Shown in pieces: positions 58,943-64,000 of a stretch of DNA of 64,000 nucleotides (position 1 is its first letter; every line of letters begins with the position of its first letter). The notes under the pieces were generated by a model. The model did no database searches. It was not told the DNA's origin and saw nothing but the letters and a program-made list of their open reading frames with translations. The position numbers and the translations under genes are program-made. The DNA is from Verrucomicrobiia bacterium (GTDB lineage: Bacteria > Verrucomicrobiota > Verrucomicrobiia > Limisphaerales > UBA1100), in contig JAAZZB010000044.1 of the NCBI GenBank assembly GCA_014239365.1, forward strand, positions 133,320 through 197,319, written 5' to 3'.

Positions 58943-61885
58943 ATGAAGAAAATTCTGATCACAGGCATCTTTGCATTGGCGACGTTCGCGGCTAATGCGG
59001 CTCAACTGGAACTCAAAAAAGGCGACCACGTGGTGCTCATTGGCAACACGTTGGCGGAACGCATGCAGCATCATGGCTGGTTGGAGGCTTATGTGCAGGC
59101 GGCGTTGCCAAAGCATAATCTGGTGTTCCGCAACCACGGCTTCAGCGGCGACAAAGTGAACAGCCGCCCACGCAATCGCGGGTTTATCGCGCCACATGAT
59201 TATCTGAAAATTTCCAAAGCGGATGTGATCATCGCGTTTTGGGGGTACAACGAATCGTATGACAACAATCCGGCGGCGTATGCGCAGGAGCTGATGAAGT
59301 GGGTGGACGAAACGCGCAAACAAAATTACAGCGGCAAAGGTGCGCCGCGCATTGTGCTCTGCTCGCCGATCATGCATGAAAACTTGAACACCCCCAACCT
59401 TCCCGATGGCAAGGCGAACAACGCGCGCCTTATGCAATATGCCGGGGCTACCGAAGCAGCTGCGGCGGTGCGCAAACTGCCGTACGTGGATTTATTTCAT
59501 CACACACACCATTTGTACAAAATGAACAAGGCGCCGCTGACCCTCAACGGCATCCACCCCAACAGCCTTGGCAATAAACTCATTGCGCAGCATTTGGTGA
59601 AGTCGTTGTTCGGGCTGGAGGTTTCGAAGGATGCCAAAAAAGTGGAGAGCATTCGCAAGGCGGTGCAGGATAAGAATTGGCATTGGCACAATCGTTACCG
59701 GGCCACCGATGGAAACGATGTTTGGGGCGGCCGCTCGTCACTGAAATTTGTGGATGGCCAAACGAACCGCGAGGTGCTGATGCACGAGCTGGAGATGATT
59801 GATGTGATGGTGGCCAATCGTGATAAAAAAGTTTGGGCCCACGCCAAAGGCAACACGCGCTACAAGGTGGACGACTCAAATGTGCCGGCGCCGGTGAAGG
59901 TGAAAACCAATGTGGGCGGCGGCTCGCGCAGCAGCAACGCGCAAAAGGAGGGCAACAAATTGTACATGACGCCGAACGAAACGGCGGCGCAATTGCAACT
60001 CGCCAAAGGCCTGAAGGCGAATGTGTTTGCAAGCGAAGAGATGTTTCCGGAGATGGCCAATCCGGTACAGATGGCGGTGGATACCAAAGGCCGTCTCTGG
60101 GCTGCCACTTGGCCCACCTACCCGAAGTGGGAACCGCTCAAAAAAATGTCTGATCGCCTGCTGATTTTGCCGGATGAAAATCGCGACGGGGTGGCAGACA
60201 AAGCAATCACGTTTGCAAAAGTGCACAATCCCACCGCGTTTGAATTCTGGAACGGCGGAGTGCTGGTCGCGAGTGTGCCGGATATTTTGTTTCTCAAAGA
60301 CACCGACGGCGATAATGTGGCCGATGTGCGCATTCGGATGTTTCACGGTTTGGACAGTGCCGACACCCACCACAGCGCCAATGCGTTTGTGCACGGCCCG
60401 GGCGGAAATTTTTATTATCAGCGCGGGGTGTTTCATGTGAGCAATGTGGAAACGCCCTGGGTAAAAAACCAACAGCACGGCAACAGCGCCATGTACCGAT
60501 TTAATCCGCGCACGTTTGAGTACAGCTTCCACGCAAACAACAGTCCCAACCCGCACGGCATCAGCTTCGATTACTGGGGCTACCACTACGCCACCGACGG
60601 CACCGGCGGCCGCTGCTACCAAGTGCGGCCCAATGGCAACGGCGGATTTCGAATGCAAACTCTGCTCAACAAAACCGTACGGCCGGTGGCTTCCAGCGGA
60701 ATCATTTCCAGCCCTCATTTCCCCGAAAAATATCAAGGCAACTTCGTGCTGCTCAACACCATCGGCTATCTCGGCGTGAAGCAATATAACATGCTGCACT
60801 CCGTGCGCGGCACGGATACCGACGGCGACGGGTTTAGCGATAAATACGAGGCTGCGAAAAAAACAAAATTTGACGACCCCAAATCCAAACCCAAAGGCAC
60901 GCCCGGCGATGTGTGGGGGATGGAGACGGAAAACTTTTTGCAATCGCCCAAGGATCGCAACTTTCGTCCGACCGATTTTGAAATCGGCAGCGACGGTGCG
61001 ATGTATATTTCCGATTGGCAAAACATCATCATCGGCCATATGCAACACAATGTGCGCGACCCCAGCCGCGATCACGAGTTTGGCCGCGTGTATCGCATCA
61101 CGCACGCTGACCGGCCGCTGATGCCGCGCGTGAAGGTGGACGGCCAGCCGATCGAGGCGTTGCTGGACCTCCTTAAGGAACGAACCAACCTCACCCGTTA
61201 TCGCGCACGCATTGAACTCAGCGAACGCAACACGCCTGCGGTTATGGCTGCGTTGGCCAAATGGATGAAACAGTGGGATCCAAAAAAACCCGAGCACGCA
61301 CATCATTTGCTTGAAGCGCTTTGGCTGCACCAACAGCACAATGTAAAAAATGAAAAACTGCTCAACTCCGTGCTCGATTCGCCCGTGCTGGATGCCCGCG
61401 TGGCTGCCGCCACGGTGAAGCAGTTTTGGACCACTTCGCCCTCGGCCAATAATCAGGCGCATGAAGTGAAGCCAGTGGTGATCAAGAAATCCGGTATTCT
61501 ATCCGACACCCCGGAACTGACCACCATCCGCATCGGCACGTTGGTGGAGCAAATGAAGTACGACACCAAAGAGCTCACCGTGAAGGCCGGCAAAAAAATC
61601 AAGCTTACCTTCGCCAACCCCGATCATCTCCCTCACAATATTGTGTTGGTGAACCCCGGCAAGCTCGAGGCCGTCGCACACGCCGCCATCGCTATGGGCG
61701 CGGAAGGATTTAAAACCGGATTCGTGCCCAAAAGCGACGACATCATCTGGGCCACCAAACTTATCGATCACGGCAAAGAGCAGGTCATCGAGTTTAACGC
61801 ACCCAGCAAGCCGGGCGATTACCCCTACGTCTGCACCTTCCCCGGGCACCACATCCTGATGCGCGGTGTGTTGCACGTGAAGTAG
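58943..61885 (+). CDS. SGNH-hydrolase-like / PVC-type dehydrogenase domain / HEAT / cupredoxin (azurin-like) protein
   Basis: Signal peptide MKKILITGIFALATFAANA. N-terminal GDSL/SGNH-like blocks (VVLIGNTLAE, GFSGD, LNGIHPN). A central region paralogous to the upstream gene (PVQMAVDTKGRLWAATWP). The C-terminal copper site context reads LPHNIVL...YPYVCTFPGHHILMRG. Confidence 0.75.
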   Translation: MKKILITGIFALATFAANAAQLELKKGDHVVLIGNTLAERMQHHGWLEAYVQAALPKHNLVFRNHGFSGDKVNSRPRNRGFIAPHDYLKISKADVIIAFWGYNESYDNNPAAYAQELMKWVDETRKQNYSGKGAPRIVLCSPIMHENLNTPNLPDGKANNARLMQYAGATEAAAAVRKLPYVDLFHHTHHLYKMNKAPLTLNGIHPNSLGNKLIAQHLVKSLFGLEVSKDAKKVESIRKAVQDKNWHWHNRYRATDGNDVWGGRSSLKFVDGQTNREVLMHELEMIDVMVANRDKKVWAHAKGNTRYKVDDSNVPAPVKVKTNVGGGSRSSNAQKEGNKLYMTPNETAAQLQLAKGLKANVFASEEMFPEMANPVQMAVDTKGRLWAATWPTYPKWEPLKKMSDRLLILPDENRDGVADKAITFAKVHNPTAFEFWNGGVLVASVPDILFLKDTDGDNVADVRIRMFHGLDSADTHHSANAFVHGPGGNFYYQRGVFHVSNVETPWVKNQQHGNSAMYRFNPRTFEYSFHANNSPNPHGISFDYWGYHYATDGTGGRCYQVRPNGNGGFRMQTLLNKTVRPVASSGIISSPHFPEKYQGNFVLLNTIGYLGVKQYNMLHSVRGTDTDGDGFSDKYEAAKKTKFDDPKSKPKGTPGDVWGMETENFLQSPKDRNFRPTDFEIGSDGAMYISDWQNIIIGHMQHNVRDPSRDHEFGRVYRITHADRPLMPRVKVDGQPIEALLDLLKERTNLTRYRARIELSERNTPAVMAALAKWMKQWDPKKPEHAHHLLEALWLHQQHNVKNEKLLNSVLDSPVLDARVAAATVKQFWTTSPSANNQAHEVKPVVIKKSGILSDTPELTTIRIGTLVEQMKYDTKELTVKAGKKIKLTFANPDHLPHNIVLVNPGKLEAVAHAAIAMGAEGFKTGFVPKSDDIIWATKLIDHGKEQVIEFNAPSKPGDYPYVCTFPGHHILMRGVLHVK

Positions 61886-61917
61886 CCGATAAATAATCGG
61901 CCTCACAACGAATCAAC

Positions 61918-61960
61918 TCACCCCGCGCGCCACCCCGGCCGCGGGGTGAAACTTTTCTTG
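61918..61960 (+). terminator. Rho-independent terminator after the cupredoxin-domain gene
   Basis: TCACCCCGCG-N12-CGCGGGGTGA followed by AACTTTTCTT. A smaller hairpin GCCGAT-AAATA-ATCGGC sits directly at the stop codon. Confidence 0.6.
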
Positions 61961-62056
61961 CATCAAACGCAGTAAGACAGAAAATCTTTCTCATATGCAA
62001 CTCACCCTTCCCGGCCAACACGAGTATCACGGTGCCCCCTTCCCGCGGCCGCCACG

Positions 62057-62567
62057 GTGAAGCAATATTGGGTACGCGATCCGCGCAAGGTCGCCCCCGA
62101 CGGCAATCAACCCATCGCCGAAGTGAAGCCGACGATGACACCCACCTCCGAACTGCGCAACCGCAGTTTATCGAAAGCCGACGTAGAGTTGTACAAGCTT
62201 GGCGAGAAAATCTTCGTGCCCGAAGGCCACTGCGCCACGTGCCATCAGCTTGACGGCAAAGGCTTGCCTAAACTGTATCCACCGCTGACCGACAGCGAAT
62301 GGGCCGGCGGCAACGAAGACCGCCACGCTCAAAGGATTATGGGGCGAACTGACGGTGAAAGGGTTTACGTACAATTCACCCACCACCACTACGCCACCGA
62401 TGACGCCCTTCCGCAGTTTGCTCAGCGACAAAGAAGCGGACGCTGTGCTGACGTACGTCCGCAACTCCTTCGGCAACGACGCCAAGCCCGTGAGCCCCGC
62501 CAAGGTGAAACGCGTCAGCGATGAAGTCAAAGCCCAGACCAGCTTTTCTACGTGGATCAAATCCTGA
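62057..62567 (+). pseudogene. Orphan heme-binding (cytochrome c, PVC type) domain, frameshifted and lacking a signal peptide
   Basis: Frame A (62057-~62325) reads ...LYKLGEKIFVPEGHCATCHQLDGKG...SEWAGGNEDR. The homologous continuation TLKGLWGELTVKGFTY...LSDKEADAVLTYVRNSFGNDAKPVSPAKVKRV is in frame +1 and runs to 62567. The shift is at the CCGCC run near 62322-62327. The same domain forms the C-terminal part of the 56261-58834 protein. Confidence 0.6.
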
Positions 62568-62608
62568 AGGCGCATCCTTTCACCAAGGATGAGTTAAAAG
62601 AATCTTTG

Positions 62609-62650
62609 CAAAAAAACCTCCCGGCGCAAGCCGGGAGGTTTTGTATTTTT
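62609..62650. terminator. Bidirectional terminator between convergent genes
   Basis: An A-run (62609-62616), then CCTCCCGGC-GCAA-GCCGGGAGG (62617-62638), then the T-rich run TTTTGTATTTTT. Confidence 0.75.
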
Positions 62651-62674
62651 GTCCGCTGGTACTTTTGTTCGTGC

Positions 62675-63814
62675 TTAACGGTCGCGTTTGTGTTCGTCCT
62701 GATGTTCGCGTTTGTGTTCGTTTTGATGTTCGCGTTTGTGTTCGTTCTGATGTTCGCGTTTGTGTTCGTTCTGATGTTCGCGTTTGTGTTCGTTCTTTTC
62801 TTTGGCAGGCAACGGCTTCGGTTTATCATCCGCCACCGCAATCAATATGCCGCCAATCACGAGCGCGGCTGCCGTGAGGGTTCCTAATGTTTTAGTTTTC
62901 ATAGTATTTCTTGTTGTGTTTTTTGTGTTCACCCGTTTGTCGAGGATCCGGGTGATTCGATCCATTAATGAGCCGTCGTTGGCCGCAAGGGCTTGGGACG
63001 GGCTCGAGATTCGCAACAACTCCAATTGCGCGAGTGCTTCGGCCAATACTCTGGGGTCGCCGGCGGTTTGCACGGAGGTTTCGTCACAACAGTATTCGCG
63101 CTCGATTTGCATTTGCTGTGTCAGCCACCACGTGGCGGGGTGAAAGAAAAGGACTATTTCAATAATGCCCTGACACATATTAACCCAATGATCGTGCCGA
63201 CGAATGTGTGCCAATTCGTGTGCAAGAATAGAGCGTAGTTGTTCCGGCGTGAGCGAAGTGAATGCACTCGCCGGCACCAGCACCACCGGGGCAAACCAGC
63301 CAACCACCATTGGAGTTTGCGCCAGACCGCTTCGCAAAAGTTGTACCGTTGGGGAAACGCGCAGATCTGCTTTTAATTGTTCGAACGTCCGCAGCCACAT
63401 TTCTTCTGGCGCGGAGATTTGTTGCGTTTTCAATTGGTGCGACCACAGCCAATGTCGGCCAAATCGAATGAGCATCGCACCCACCCCCAATGCCCAGCCG
63501 AAGGCGACGTAATTCAGAAATCCCTGTCCGCCTGTTGCCGTAGTAGACACAGTGGCCGCCATCGCCAAGGGCAACGCGATCGCCGTCTCCACACCGCTTT
63601 GGGTAGCATTGGCCAAAACCAAAAAAGTGACCACGAACACTAAGAGACTCGCGGCCAGCGCGCCACAGGCGATGGCGTAGCGGGCTTGGGCCGTGCGTTG
63701 GCTAAAGCCGCGCAGCAACGCCGCCGCGCCCAAACCGATCAGCAATCCTTGCCAAAGAAAATGCAGCACCGCCCAACCGAGCGCGTGAACCAAATTTGCA
63801 TCGTGATGAATCAT
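62675..63814 (-). CDS. BlaR1/MecR1-like M56 peptidase-family signal transducer with His-rich repeat tail
   Basis: The ATG at 63814 overlaps the upstream stop (TAATG). Multiple TM helices. Zinc motif HELAHIRRHDHW. A late TM helix (LGTLTAAALVIGGILIAV) is followed by the EHKREHQN repeats. The ORF upstream of 63814 is the blaI gene read in another frame. Confidence 0.8.
   Translation of the reverse strand: MIHHDANLVHALGWAVLHFLWQGLLIGLGAAALLRGFSQRTAQARYAIACGALAASLLVFVVTFLVLANATQSGVETAIALPLAMAATVSTTATGGQGFLNYVAFGWALGVGAMLIRFGRHWLWSHQLKTQQISAPEEMWLRTFEQLKADLRVSPTVQLLRSGLAQTPMVVGWFAPVVLVPASAFTSLTPEQLRSILAHELAHIRRHDHWVNMCQGIIEIVLFFHPATWWLTQQMQIEREYCCDETSVQTAGDPRVLAEALAQLELLRISSPSQALAANDGSLMDRITRILDKRVNTKNTTRNTMKTKTLGTLTAAALVIGGILIAVADDKPKPLPAKEKNEHKREHQNEHKREHQNEHKREHQNEHKREHQDEHKRDR
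62682..62801 (-). repeat. 24-bp tandem repeat (about 4.7 units) encoding the octapeptide EHKREHQN
   Basis: TCGCGTTTGTGTTCGTyyTGATGT units start at 62682, 62706, 62730, 62754 and 62778. The minus-strand translation is (NEHKREHQ)n, at the C-terminus of the BlaR1-like protein. Confidence 0.9.
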
Positions 63815-64000
63815 TATTTTTTCTCCTCCAATTGATCGAGCAACTCGCGAATCTTGCGCAGTTCCTCGGGGGTCGACTTTTCCATTGCCAGCGCCTGCAA
63901 CACCAATGGCCCCGGCGTGCCGCTGAACGCGCGGTCCAGCAAATCGCGAACCATATGGCTCTGCGTCTGCTGTTGCGGATGCGCCGCGCAAAACATTTGC
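63814..64000 (-). CDS. BlaI/MecI/CopY-family repressor, C-terminal part (gene continues beyond the window)
   Basis: ...VRDLLDRAFSGTPGPLVLQALAMEKSTPEELRKIRELLDQLEEKK is the typical dimerisation C-terminus. Translationally coupled to the M56 gene. Confidence 0.65.
   Translation of the reverse strand, partial: QMFCAAHPQQQTQSHMVRDLLDRAFSGTPGPLVLQALAMEKSTPEELRKIRELLDQLEEKK

Noticed and set aside
62682-62801. The 24-bp tandem array, and the 21-bp array at 2910-3035, as CRISPR arrays.
   Set aside because: There are no unique spacers between repeats (the units are contiguous), no cas genes, and the 24-bp array is in-frame coding sequence.

Overview
High-G+C (about 60% by eye) chromosomal segment whose gene content fits the PVC superphylum (Verrucomicrobia/Planctomycetes-like). 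A housekeeping block sits at the left end: yidD-yidC-jag, then scpA-scpB-pheA. After that come long, mostly minus-strand arrays of exported hydrolases. These include nine formylglycine-type sulfatases, two PSCyt(DUF1549/DUF1553)-DUF1501 pairs, ecotin, a BNR/sialidase-like protein, an NHL propeller, SppA and two giant PVC-type dehydrogenase/heme-binding proteins. Small accessory modules are interspersed: a DinJ-like/MazF-like pair, a VapBC pair, three DUF433-DUF5615 pairs, a DUF4143 AAA ATPase, a GIY-YIG/DUF4357 nuclease and a low-G+C Uup-like ABC-F gene. The right edge carries blaR1/blaI-like genes. I found no rRNA, tRNA, CRISPR array, transposase or integrase. The most unusual content is non-coding or semi-coding. 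(1) A 24-bp-stem palindrome occurs six times, always between co-directional cistrons. Two copies lie inside a duplicated ~200-bp leader that also encodes a shared signal peptide and starts at TGATG stop/start overlaps. (2) Inverted repeats built from three tandem CACAGA-type 9-mers also supply the signal-peptide codons of two sulfatases. (3) Six ATGGGACG cores are phased at exactly 21 bp in the non-coding block after yidC-jag. (4) Three insertions are bracketed by direct repeats: a toxin-antitoxin (TA) cassette by 150-bp repeats copied from a sulfatase 3' end, uup by ~81-84-bp repeats copied from a sulfatase 5' end, and the AAA ATPase by a 37-bp palindrome. Several decayed genes are present: a kdsD remnant, an interrupted small ORF, a frameshifted orphan cytochrome c domain and a sulfatase 5' fragment. 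All functional calls rest on motifs read by eye and recalled family signatures. No database search was run.
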